NCBI GenBank assembly: GCA_963813535.1
Contig: CAWEZH010000003.1
Coordinates: 896,001-960,000, forward strand
Direction: 5' to 3'
Length of the DNA stretch: 64,000 nt
Source: an uncultured Chloroflexia bacterium
Lineage (GTDB): Bacteria > Chloroflexota > Limnocylindria > Limnocylindrales > CSP1-4
Under the pieces are notes generated by a model, which made no database searches, was not told the DNA's origin, and was given only the letters and a program-made list of their open reading frames with translations. Made by a program: the position numbers and the translations under genes. Below are positions 10,511-18,959 of this stretch, piece after piece (positions within the stretch are counted from its first letter, which is position 1; each line of letters begins with the position of its first letter).

Positions 10511-10535
10511 TATGAGCCCGCCCCGAGCCTGTCAA
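10507..10535 (-). promoter_or_regulatory. Sigma70-type promoter of the arsR-pgsA-ino1 operon
   Basis: TTGACA-17 bp-TAGCAT on the minus strand. Confidence 0.75.
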
Positions 10536-10591
10536 GGTCGGCTCGGGGCCCTCGGGCGTGCCGGATGATCGACCCGACTACACTCGCCGCG

Positions 10592-12235
10592 ATGCATCGC
10601 GGGACCCGGCTCACGCTCCTCGCCGTCTTCGGCGTTGGCGTGTTCCTGGCCGGCCTCGAGCTGATGATCACGGCCGTCGCGCTGCCCTCGATCCTGGCCG
10701 ATCTCGTCACCCCGAACGGCACGTCGGCGTGGATCGAGCTCAGGAAAGCCAGTTGGATCATCAACGGCTACCTGCTCGTGTACATCCTGATGATGCCCCT
10801 TGCCGGCCGTCTCGCGGACCTGTGGGGTGCACGACGGCTGTCCATGGGGGCGCTCGTGGTGTTCACCGTCGGCTCGATCCTCGCGGGCATGGCGCAGGAC
10901 CTGGATCAACTGATCGCCGCTCGGGTCGTCCAGGCGGTCGGTGGCGGCGTGCTCGTCCCGGTCGGTACCGCCGCCGCAGCGCATCTGTACGAGGCCCACG
11001 GGCGGCCGCGAGCGTTGGGCGTCATCGGCGCATTGACATTCCTCGGGATGGCCGCAGGGCCGTTCCTCGGCGCGGCTGTCCTGTCGACGATCCACCCGGA
11101 GACGGCGCTGGCGGCCATGGGCCTCGATGACGGCGCGCTCGGCGCAGTGCTGGCCCCTGCCTGGCGCTGGATCTTCTACATCAACGTGCCGATCGCGCTC
11201 GCCGCACTCGTCCTCGCCTGGGCCGCGGCGCCCGGCTGGGAGACGCCTCGCCGTTCAGGCCGAGTGGACGTTGTGGGCGCCGCGATCTTCGGTCTCGCTC
11301 TGGCCGCCGGTCTGGTCGCGCTTACGCTGGTCGGCGCGACCGGCGACCCATCCGCCCCGATCTCGCCCGAGCAGCTCTCGATCGCCCTGGCGTCGATCGC
11401 GGTCGTCGCAACGGTCGCGACCATCGCGCGGGGCGCACGGAGCCGCGACCCGTTCCTCGATGTCCGTCTGTTCCGGAACGTCGGGTTCAGTGCCGCGGCA
11501 CTCGTCTCCGTGCTCACCGGATACGCGTTCGCGACGGCGATCATCGGTGGCGCCGTGTTCGTCGATCGCGTGCTGTACGGCGGCCCCGATGAGCAGCGGT
11601 TGGCGCTTGGCGCCCTCGCCGGAGCGACGGCCCTCGGGGCGCTGCTGTCCGGCTTCGCGGTGCGTGTCGCGAGCTACCGCGTCGTGACATTGGTCGGCCT
11701 GGCCGCCTCGGTCGTCGGCCTTGTCGCGATGTCGCGCTGGACGCCGGCGACGACGGTCGGCGAGGCGGCCGCATCGCTGGGGTTGTTCGGCCTCGGCTTC
11801 GGGCTGTCGGTCACGCCCCGCTCGAGCGCGGCGGTCGAGGCGGCCGGCCAGGCAGCGTTCGGCGCCGCATCCTCGGTCGTGACCGTCGCACGCATGATCG
11901 GGATGGCGGTCGGCCTTGCCGTCCTCACCGCCTACGGCTCGACGACCATCGACCGTCTGTCCGCCCAGATCTACGCGACGCCCGACGCCTACCTCGCGTA
12001 CATCCCCGAGAACCTCCAGGACCGCCCCCTGAGGGATCCACTTGTCGTCGAGGCGCTCGAATCGTGGGCGTCACGTGAGGCCGCCTCGATCATGGTCGGT
12101 CTGTACCTCGTCGCGGCACTCGTGACGGTCGCAGCCGTGCCGCCCGCCCTCGCGCTCGGCGGGACTACTCGACGCCGCTCCGCCGCGCGTATGCTGGCCA
12201 CCGATGGCGCCCAGGACCCCGGCCTCATCCTCTGA
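10592..12235 (+). CDS. MFS transporter (DHA2/EmrB-like, 14 TMS)
   Basis: GRLADLWGARR motif A, ARVVQAVGGG and WRWIFYINVP. The start was placed at the ATG 7 nt after TACACT; the ORF track starts at 10565. Confidence 0.85.
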   Translation: MHRGTRLTLLAVFGVGVFLAGLELMITAVALPSILADLVTPNGTSAWIELRKASWIINGYLLVYILMMPLAGRLADLWGARRLSMGALVVFTVGSILAGMAQDLDQLIAARVVQAVGGGVLVPVGTAAAAHLYEAHGRPRALGVIGALTFLGMAAGPFLGAAVLSTIHPETALAAMGLDDGALGAVLAPAWRWIFYINVPIALAALVLAWAAAPGWETPRRSGRVDVVGAAIFGLALAAGLVALTLVGATGDPSAPISPEQLSIALASIAVVATVATIARGARSRDPFLDVRLFRNVGFSAAALVSVLTGYAFATAIIGGAVFVDRVLYGGPDEQRLALGALAGATALGALLSGFAVRVASYRVVTLVGLAASVVGLVAMSRWTPATTVGEAAASLGLFGLGFGLSVTPRSSAAVEAAGQAAFGAASSVVTVARMIGMAVGLAVLTAYGSTTIDRLSAQIYATPDAYLAYIPENLQDRPLRDPLVVEALESWASREAASIMVGLYLVAALVTVAAVPPALALGGTTRRRSAARMLATDGAQDPGLIL

Positions 12236-13271
12236 CCCGACGACGGGGCGTGCCGGCGAGCCGGTCGCTCGTCGTCGTATGCCCACCTCGTCCGGTGGCC
12301 CGGGCCGGATCCGCGTCGCCGCCATGGTCGACGGAGTCCTGCGGGAGCTGGAGGGCGACACCGCGCTCGACGCCTTGCCGGGCCTGCTCGGTCGCCCCGA
12401 CGCGTCGGTCTGGGTCGATCTGGCGGCACCGTCAGCGGAGCAGGTACAGGCCGTCGGGCCGATCCTCGGGCTCCACCCGCTGATCATCGAGGACGTCCTC
12501 GAGGGCAATCAGCGCGCCAAGATCGAAACGACCGACGGGGTCGTCCACATCGTGCTGTTCGCGCTCACTCGGGCTGCGACCGTCGTGGTCAACGAGGTCG
12601 ATCTCGTGCTCGGCCTCGGGTACCTGCTCAGTGTCCACGATGCGAGCTGGGAACCGCGCGAGTCGCATCACCTGCGGAACGGCGTCGGCCCGATCCTCGC
12701 CGACGGTCCGGATCACCTGCTGTGGGCCATCGGCGACGACATCGTCGATGGGTACTTCCCGTACGCGGACCAACTCGGTGACGCGATCGACGAGGTCCAG
12801 GACGCCGTGATCCGACAGGCCAAGCCGGAGACGCTGGAGAAGCTGTTCGCGCTCAAGCGGGAGCTCATCGAGGTGCGCCGTGCCGCGAGCCCGACCCGCG
12901 AGGTATTCAATCAATTGACGAACCGCGAGATGACCCTCGTCGATCCCGAGGAGATCATCTATTTCCGGGATATCTACGACCACGTCATCCGATTGACCGA
13001 CGAGATGGACAACTACCGCGAGCTCGCCTCGTCCACGCTCGACGTGTACCTGACCCAGGTCAACAACAACCTGTCCGTGATCATGAAACGGTTGACCGGT
13101 GTGACGGTGATCCTCGCCGGCATCGGCGCCGTGGCCGGCATCTTCGGGATGAGCGAGGCCGGCAGCGCGATCGGAGGCCGCGAGCAGGCGGGCTTCTGGG
13201 CGATCACGGCTCTGACTGTGGCGATCGCCGGTGGAGCAGCCTTCGTCCTCCGTCGCATCGGCTGGATATAG
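12204..13271 (+). CDS. corA: CorA family divalent cation (Mg2+/Co2+) transporter
   Basis: LHPLIIED, YFRDIYDH, MKRLT and GIFGMS (a GMN variant), with two C-terminal TMs. The start could instead be 12279. Confidence 0.88.
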   Translation: MAPRTPASSSDPTTGRAGEPVARRRMPTSSGGPGRIRVAAMVDGVLRELEGDTALDALPGLLGRPDASVWVDLAAPSAEQVQAVGPILGLHPLIIEDVLEGNQRAKIETTDGVVHIVLFALTRAATVVVNEVDLVLGLGYLLSVHDASWEPRESHHLRNGVGPILADGPDHLLWAIGDDIVDGYFPYADQLGDAIDEVQDAVIRQAKPETLEKLFALKRELIEVRRAASPTREVFNQLTNREMTLVDPEEIIYFRDIYDHVIRLTDEMDNYRELASSTLDVYLTQVNNNLSVIMKRLTGVTVILAGIGAVAGIFGMSEAGSAIGGREQAGFWAITALTVAIAGGAAFVLRRIGWI

Positions 13272-13282
13272 GGCACGTCCAG

Positions 13283-13380
13283 GGGCGGCCGATGGCGGCG
13301 TTGCCGGCTGCGCCGCTGCGCTCACGTAGGTTCGACTACGCTCGCTTGCGGCTCGCTCGGCGCCTTGCCCTCGACCGCCC
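13283..13380. repeat. ~100-bp structured intergenic repeat (REP-like), copy 1
   Basis: Its reverse complement aligns with 27943-28043 and 47711-47807 (CAAGGCGCCG...GCGAGCG...CGTGA...GCGCAGCCGGCAACGC). Confidence 0.8.
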
Positions 13381-13405
13381 AGCGAACGCGCTGAGGAGCC
13401 CGTGC

Positions 13406-14149
13406 CTAGCCGCAGTCGACCGGTTTGGCGGTCGGGTGTGACGAGTCGTGGCTGGCCGGACGAGCGTCGATCGGCTTCGCGATGACCTGCGTGTAGCCGA
13501 ACTGGCGGCCGGGCCCCTGCGATGTCTGAAGCCAGAGCTGCTCGCTCTTCGCAGCCGCCGGATCGTTCAGACCGGTCGTGTAGGGCTGATCGCGTCTGAC
13601 CCGCGTGATCTCGTACTTGTAGAGCCAGTCATCGCTGGTCCAGACCTCGACCGTCATGCCGCGCTGGTCGAAGCCGCGGGTCTCCAGGAGCGGCAGGAAC
13701 ATGCCGTCGCGGGCGTGGGCATAGAGGTACGTCGCCTTGCCGAAGCCCGGCTGTGAGAGCTGGGGCAGGTACATCGCGACGTTGCAGTAGGGATAGCCGT
13801 TGTTGCCGCGGACCACCGCGAGATCGATGTCGAGGTCCCGGATCCGGACCCGGGTCGCGACGCGGTCGGCGGGCGGTGGCGTCGGCGTGGGTGCCGCGCT
13901 CGGTACCACGGAGGGCTTCGGCGTCGCGGTGCCGATCGGCGGCAGGGTGATGAGCGGGCTCGGCGTCGGGACGACGGCCTCCGATGGCTCGGGTGAGCTC
14001 GACGGCGAGGCCGCTGCCGATCCGGCGGGGACCGGCACCGTGTACGTCAGCAGGCCGGCGGACAGGATGGTCACCCCGAACGCCGTCAGCAGCGCCGGGA
14101 GCACGCGTGTTCGGATCTCTTCGGTCGGTCCAGCCATCGGAACCGGCAT
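13406..14149 (-). CDS. Sortase-like protein (class F/D-like fold) with Ser in place of the catalytic Cys
   Basis: N-terminal TM and Pro-rich linker, then RVRIRDLDIDL, YLYAHAR (His), YKYEIT and LWLQTS (TLxTC-like). Confidence 0.7.
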   Translation of the reverse strand: MPVPMAGPTEEIRTRVLPALLTAFGVTILSAGLLTYTVPVPAGSAAASPSSSPEPSEAVVPTPSPLITLPPIGTATPKPSVVPSAAPTPTPPPADRVATRVRIRDLDIDLAVVRGNNGYPYCNVAMYLPQLSQPGFGKATYLYAHARDGMFLPLLETRGFDQRGMTVEVWTSDDWLYKYEITRVRRDQPYTTGLNDPAAAKSEQLWLQTSQGPGRQFGYTQVIAKPIDARPASHDSSHPTAKPVDCG

Positions 14150-14209
14150 CGTAGCGTGGGGCGACCGGACGCGCCGCCGGGCGTCGGTACTGGTACCCTC
14201 CGCGCCAGC

Positions 14210-14884
14210 ATGTGGCCCCGACTCTCGATCGTCGCCGGTCTGCTGACCGGTGTCGTGGCCGCTGCGCTGGTCATCGGGGGACTCCTCCTGCTCGCCCCGG
14301 TGCCCGGTGCCGCGCCGACGCCCGCCCCGCAGCCGTCCGCCTCGCTCGGGCTGTTGCCGTCCCCGGCGCCGAACGCGCCGGCGTCGGCCGCGATCTCGCC
14401 ATCCCCGTCGGGCAGCGGTACATCCTCGGACGGACCGGCCGCGGCGTTCCACATCGGCGAGCCCGCCCCGGCGCTCGTCGTGCCGCAGGTCGGCGGCGGG
14501 ACCATCGACCTGACGAACCTGAAGGGCAGCCCGGTCTGGGTGAACTTCATGGGCACGTACTGCCCGCCGTGTGTCGACGAATTCCCCTTGATGAACCGCT
14601 TCTCGGCACGCCACGCGGACGACGGCCTGGTCGTCATCGCGGTCGACGTCAAGGAGGACGAGGGAGCGGTCGCCGCATTCGCCGAACAGCTCGCCGCCAC
14701 GTTCCCGCTTGGTCTCGATAGCGACGGCACGGCCGCCGCCCGATGGGACGCCGTGGCCCTGCCGGTGCATTTCTGGATCGACAAGGACGGGGTCATCCGC
14801 GACGGCGCCCTGGGCGGCATCGGCCCCGACATCATGGCCCGCGGCCTGCGCACGATCATGCCGGGGGTCGACGTCCAGCCGTGA
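14210..14884 (+). CDS. TlpA/ResA family membrane-anchored thiol-disulfide oxidoreductase
   Basis: VWVNFMGTYCPPCVDE and ALPVHFWIDKDGVIR, with an N-terminal TM. Confidence 0.88.
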   Translation: MWPRLSIVAGLLTGVVAAALVIGGLLLLAPVPGAAPTPAPQPSASLGLLPSPAPNAPASAAISPSPSGSGTSSDGPAAAFHIGEPAPALVVPQVGGGTIDLTNLKGSPVWVNFMGTYCPPCVDEFPLMNRFSARHADDGLVVIAVDVKEDEGAVAAFAEQLAATFPLGLDSDGTAAARWDAVALPVHFWIDKDGVIRDGALGGIGPDIMARGLRTIMPGVDVQP

Positions 14885-15807
14885 CGCCGGCCGGCGGACC
14901 GACGCCGGACAGCTCGGTCTCGACGCCCGCCGAGATCGATGCCGCCCTCGACGCACTCGTCGGGGCTCGACCGCCCCTGCTCCTCGTCATCGATTTCGAT
15001 GGCACGCTGGCGGTCGGGTCGCGCGACCCCGCGGTCGCGCGGATCGAGCCACTCGCCCAGCGGGCGCTTCGCCGGCTGGGCGGCCGAGCGACCGGCCATC
15101 AGAACAGGCTCCACGTCGCCGTGCTGACCGGACGGGTCGTCGCCGACGTCGCGGCACGGGTGCGGGTCGGCGGGGTCGAGTACCTCGGCGACCACGGTCT
15201 CGAACACGGCCGGCTTGCGCGTGGCGCGCGGGCGGAGCGGCTGGTCGTCACGACCGACCCGGCGTTCGACGTCCATCGCGATCCGGCGGAGACCCTGGCC
15301 GACGGCGTCGCCGGGGAGCTCGGCTCGCCGGCCTGGCTGTTCGTGGAGCGCAAAGGGCCGTCCGTCGCCTTCCACGTCCGCCAGGCCGACGACGTCCAGG
15401 CCGCGCGGAGTGCGGTCGTCGCGGCGATCGACGCCGTGGAGCGCCGGATGGGGCTCGTCCACGGGCTGGCGCACTACCGCGGTCGATCCGTCGTCGACCT
15501 TCGACCGCGCGAGGCGGGCGGGAAGCGCGAGGCCGTCGATCGGCTGGTCGACCGCCACCGCCCCGGCGCGATCGCCGTCCTCGGCGACGAGATGAGCGAC
15601 ATCGATGCGTTCGAGGCGGTCGTGGCTGCCCGCACGGCGTCGACGGGTGGGGATCCGGTCGTGGGCGTCACGATCGCGGTCCACGGCGCCACGCGGCCGG
15701 CACCGTCCGAGCTGCTGGCCGTTGCCGACCTGCGGCTGTCTGGCGCCCACTTGGTCGGACGCTGGCTGGCCGCACTCGCGCGCCGATTGGACGCGGACGA
15801 CCGCTAG
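14881..15807 (+). CDS. otsB: Trehalose-6-phosphate phosphatase (HAD)
   Basis: IDFDGTL, LTGR, YLGDHGLE, ERK..VAFHVR and GDEMSDIDAF motifs; GTGA overlap. Confidence 0.82.
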   Translation: MTPAGGPTPDSSVSTPAEIDAALDALVGARPPLLLVIDFDGTLAVGSRDPAVARIEPLAQRALRRLGGRATGHQNRLHVAVLTGRVVADVAARVRVGGVEYLGDHGLEHGRLARGARAERLVVTTDPAFDVHRDPAETLADGVAGELGSPAWLFVERKGPSVAFHVRQADDVQAARSAVVAAIDAVERRMGLVHGLAHYRGRSVVDLRPREAGGKREAVDRLVDRHRPGAIAVLGDEMSDIDAFEAVVAARTASTGGDPVVGVTIAVHGATRPAPSELLAVADLRLSGAHLVGRWLAALARRLDADDR

Positions 15808-15810
15808 CGG

Positions 15811-17307
15811 CTATCCGGGGAGGGTGGAGATCGCGGCCGCGGCGCCCTTCACGATGTCGAGCAGTGGCGTGGGGACGAGACCGAAAAGGATCGTGAGCGC
15901 GGTCGCCGCCGCGAGCCCGCCCCACAGCAGCGCGCCATGACTGGGGGCCGGAGCGTCGCTCTCCGGGTCGCGCATGTACATGTACACCGCCACGCGGAGG
16001 TAGTAGAAGGCGGCGGCCGCCGCATTCAGCACGACCAGGACGGCGAGCGCGGTGAGCCAGCCGCCCGCCTGCACGGCAGCCAGGATCACGTAGGCCTTCG
16101 CCCAGAACCCGGCCAGCGGCGGGATCCCGGTGAGCGACAGCAGGAAGAGCAGCATCAGCGCGCCGAGCAGCGGCTCGCGGCGCCCGAGCCCGGAGAACGT
16201 CGCGAGCCCGGACGTGACACCGGTCCGCTTCTGGAGCGCAGCCACCACGGCGAACGCGCCGAGGTTCATGAACGTGTACGCCGCGCCATAGAACAGCAGC
16301 CCCTGCAGCCCGAGCACCTGGCCACCGGCATAGGCGGCCAGCCCGACCAGCATGTAGCCGGTGTGGGCGATCGAGCTGTACGCCAGCATCCGCTTCACGT
16401 TGTCCTGGGTCAGTGCCACGAGGTTGCCGACGGTCATCGTGAGGGCGGCCAGCACCATGATCACGGGCAGCCACCAATCGGACAGCGGTCCGAGCGCCTC
16501 GACGAACAGTCGCAGGATCAACGCGAACGCGCCGACCTTGGGGCCGACCGACAGGTAGCCGGTGATCGGCGTCGGCGAGCCCTGGTACGCGTCGGGTGTC
16601 CAGTAGTGGAACGGGACTGCCGCGATCTTGAAGGCGACGCCGGTCGTCAGGAACGCGAGGCCGATCGCCAGCCCCGGCTGGAGCGGTGCGGCACCGGCGA
16701 CGATGGCCTGCAGCCACTGCGCGATGCCCGGACTCGCCGGGTCGTTGCTGTTGATCAGCGTGGTGCCGGTCAGGCCCCACACGAAGGCGAGGCCGAAGAG
16801 GAAGATGGCCGAGCTGAACGAGCCGAGCAGGAAGTACTTGATGGCGCCCTCGGTCGAGTAGGCGTCGGTCTTGTGGTAGCCGGCGAGCAGGTAGCCGGGC
16901 AACACCATGAGCTCGAGTCCGAGGAACATCAGCAGCAGGTCGGCCGCGCCGGCGATCAGCATCGCGCCGGTCATCGCGAAGACGAGCACGATGGCGAACT
17001 CGGCGATCGGCAGATTGCGTGGTAGCAGGTAGTCCGGTGCGAATACGATCGTCATCGCCACGATCGAGATGAACAGCACGTCGAGGAACGTCGTCAGCGC
17101 ATCGACCTTGTACGAGCCGCCGAACGCGGTGGCCGTCTCCGCCCCGACCGAGATCGTGACCAGGGTCGTGATGGCGAGCCCGATCAGCGCGGTCGCGATG
17201 GCCGGCCCGTCGCGTCCCGGCCATACGAGGTCGACGATCAGGATCGCTGCCGCGGTCAGCACCGCGGCGATGAGCGGCGAGATCGTGACGAGATCGGCGA
17301 AGTTCAA
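15811..17307 (-). CDS. nuoN: NADH-quinone oxidoreductase subunit N
   Basis: EGAIKYF, FKIAAVPFHYWTPDAYQGSPTP, KRMLAYSSIAH and SLTGIPPLAGF motifs. Confidence 0.95.
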   Translation of the reverse strand: MNFADLVTISPLIAAVLTAAAILIVDLVWPGRDGPAIATALIGLAITTLVTISVGAETATAFGGSYKVDALTTFLDVLFISIVAMTIVFAPDYLLPRNLPIAEFAIVLVFAMTGAMLIAGAADLLLMFLGLELMVLPGYLLAGYHKTDAYSTEGAIKYFLLGSFSSAIFLFGLAFVWGLTGTTLINSNDPASPGIAQWLQAIVAGAAPLQPGLAIGLAFLTTGVAFKIAAVPFHYWTPDAYQGSPTPITGYLSVGPKVGAFALILRLFVEALGPLSDWWLPVIMVLAALTMTVGNLVALTQDNVKRMLAYSSIAHTGYMLVGLAAYAGGQVLGLQGLLFYGAAYTFMNLGAFAVVAALQKRTGVTSGLATFSGLGRREPLLGALMLLFLLSLTGIPPLAGFWAKAYVILAAVQAGGWLTALAVLVVLNAAAAAFYYLRVAVYMYMRDPESDAPAPSHGALLWGGLAAATALTILFGLVPTPLLDIVKGAAAAISTLPG

Positions 17308-18959
17308 TGCGCGCCTCCGCCCTCGACGACGGCAACGCCGGATTCGCGGCGACGGGCCGTCGCGACCACGATGGTCCTCCCCAGCACCAGCAGGATGACG
17401 AGACCGAGAGCGCCGACGACGACCTCCGGCCCGACCGCGATGGCCTGGCCGCCCCGAGCCGCCGCCAGCACCTCGATGACCGAGCCCTGGACAAGCGTCA
17501 ACAGCAGTCCGGGCTGGACGCCGAACACGACGATGAGGGTCGCGAGCGGCACCAGCGTGAGCAACTCGATCGGCGTGATGTCGGTCAGGCGACCGCCCAG
17601 ATCGGCCAGGAACTCGGACAGCTCACCGAAGACCACCCGCTGGTACATGAACAGCAGATAGCCAGCCGCGAGGATCATGCAGAACGTGGCGATCGCCGCC
17701 GCCGCGGGGCTCACGAGGAACGTCCCGACGAGACTCAGGAACTCGCCCACGAACCCCGACAGGCCGGGCAGGCCCGCCGACGCGAACACGAAGAAGCCCA
17801 TCACCGCGGCCCACACCGGGGTTCGCGCCGCAAGCCCACCCATCTTGGCGATCGTCCGGTCGTGGGTGCGCTCGTAGATGACCCCGACCAGCAGGAAGAG
17901 CCCGCCCGTGATGAGGCCGTGGTTGATCATCTGGAGGATGGCGCCCTGGACGCCCTGCTCGGTGAACACGAAGATGCCGAGCGTCACGAAGCCCATGTGG
18001 CTGACCGACGAGTACGCGACGAGTCGCTTCAGGTCGGGCTGGACGAGCGCCACGATCGCGCCGTAGATGATCGCGATCAGCGAGAGCACGATGATCGTCG
18101 GCGCGAACGTCACCGCCGCGTCCGGGAACAGCGGGAGCGCGAAGCGCAGGAACCCGTACGCCCCGAGCTTGAGCAGGATGCCGGCCAGGATGACCGAGCC
18201 CGCCGTCGGCGCGTCGGTGTGCGCGTCGGGCAACCAGGTATGGAACGGGAACATCGGGACCTTGATCGCGAATGCGAGGAAGAACGCCAGGAATGCCCCG
18301 ACCTGGAGCGCCGGCGCGAACCCGGCCCCCGCGGCGAAATCGCGGAGCGCCACGAAGTCGAAGGCGTTCGTCCAGGTCCCGGTCGTGGACTGGTAGGCGA
18401 ACGCCGTGGCCAGGATCGCCACCAGCATCAGCAACGACCCGACGAGCGTGTACAGCACGAACTTGATCGTCGAGTAGATGCGGTTCGCGCCACCCCAGAT
18501 CCCGATGATCAGGTACATCGGGACAAGCACGATCTCCCAGAAGATGTAGAAGAGGAACAGATCCAGGGCGAGGAAGACGCCGATCATCCCGACCTCGAGG
18601 ACGAGGAACGAGATCATGTATTCCTTGATGCGGGTCTGGATCGGGACCCACGACGCGAGGATGCAGATCCATGTCAGCGTCGTGGTCAGCACGACCAGCG
18701 CCGCCGACAGGCCGTCGGCGCCCAGCTTGTACTGGATGCCGAACACGGGGATCCAGTCGTAGGCCTCGACGAACTGGAACTGGCTGCCCGCGCGGCCCGG
18801 CAGGTAGTCGACCAGCATGACCAGCGACACGACCCAGGCCGCCAGCGCGAACCCGAGCGCCACCGGTCTCGTCCAGCGACTGGGCAGGATCGCCACGACG
18901 AGCGCGCCGATCAGCGGCAGGAAGGTGATGAGCGTCAGGATCCCGAACGGCAGGGTCAT
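17304..18959 (-). CDS. nuoM: NADH-quinone oxidoreductase subunit M
   Basis: FYIFWE, KVPMFPFHTWLPDAH, LKLGAYG and DLKRLVAYSSVSHMG motifs. Confidence 0.95.
   Translation of the reverse strand: MTLPFGILTLITFLPLIGALVVAILPSRWTRPVALGFALAAWVVSLVMLVDYLPGRAGSQFQFVEAYDWIPVFGIQYKLGADGLSAALVVLTTTLTWICILASWVPIQTRIKEYMISFLVLEVGMIGVFLALDLFLFYIFWEIVLVPMYLIIGIWGGANRIYSTIKFVLYTLVGSLLMLVAILATAFAYQSTTGTWTNAFDFVALRDFAAGAGFAPALQVGAFLAFFLAFAIKVPMFPFHTWLPDAHTDAPTAGSVILAGILLKLGAYGFLRFALPLFPDAAVTFAPTIIVLSLIAIIYGAIVALVQPDLKRLVAYSSVSHMGFVTLGIFVFTEQGVQGAILQMINHGLITGGLFLLVGVIYERTHDRTIAKMGGLAARTPVWAAVMGFFVFASAGLPGLSGFVGEFLSLVGTFLVSPAAAAIATFCMILAAGYLLFMYQRVVFGELSEFLADLGGRLTDITPIELLTLVPLATLIVVFGVQPGLLLTLVQGSVIEVLAAARGGQAIAVGPEVVVGALGLVILLVLGRTIVVATARRRESGVAVVEGGGAH

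Noticed and set aside
13283-13380. CRISPR array or IS element explanation for the repeats
   Set aside because: The copies are dispersed, not tandem with spacers, and there is no transposase, terminal IR/TSD or cas gene in the window.
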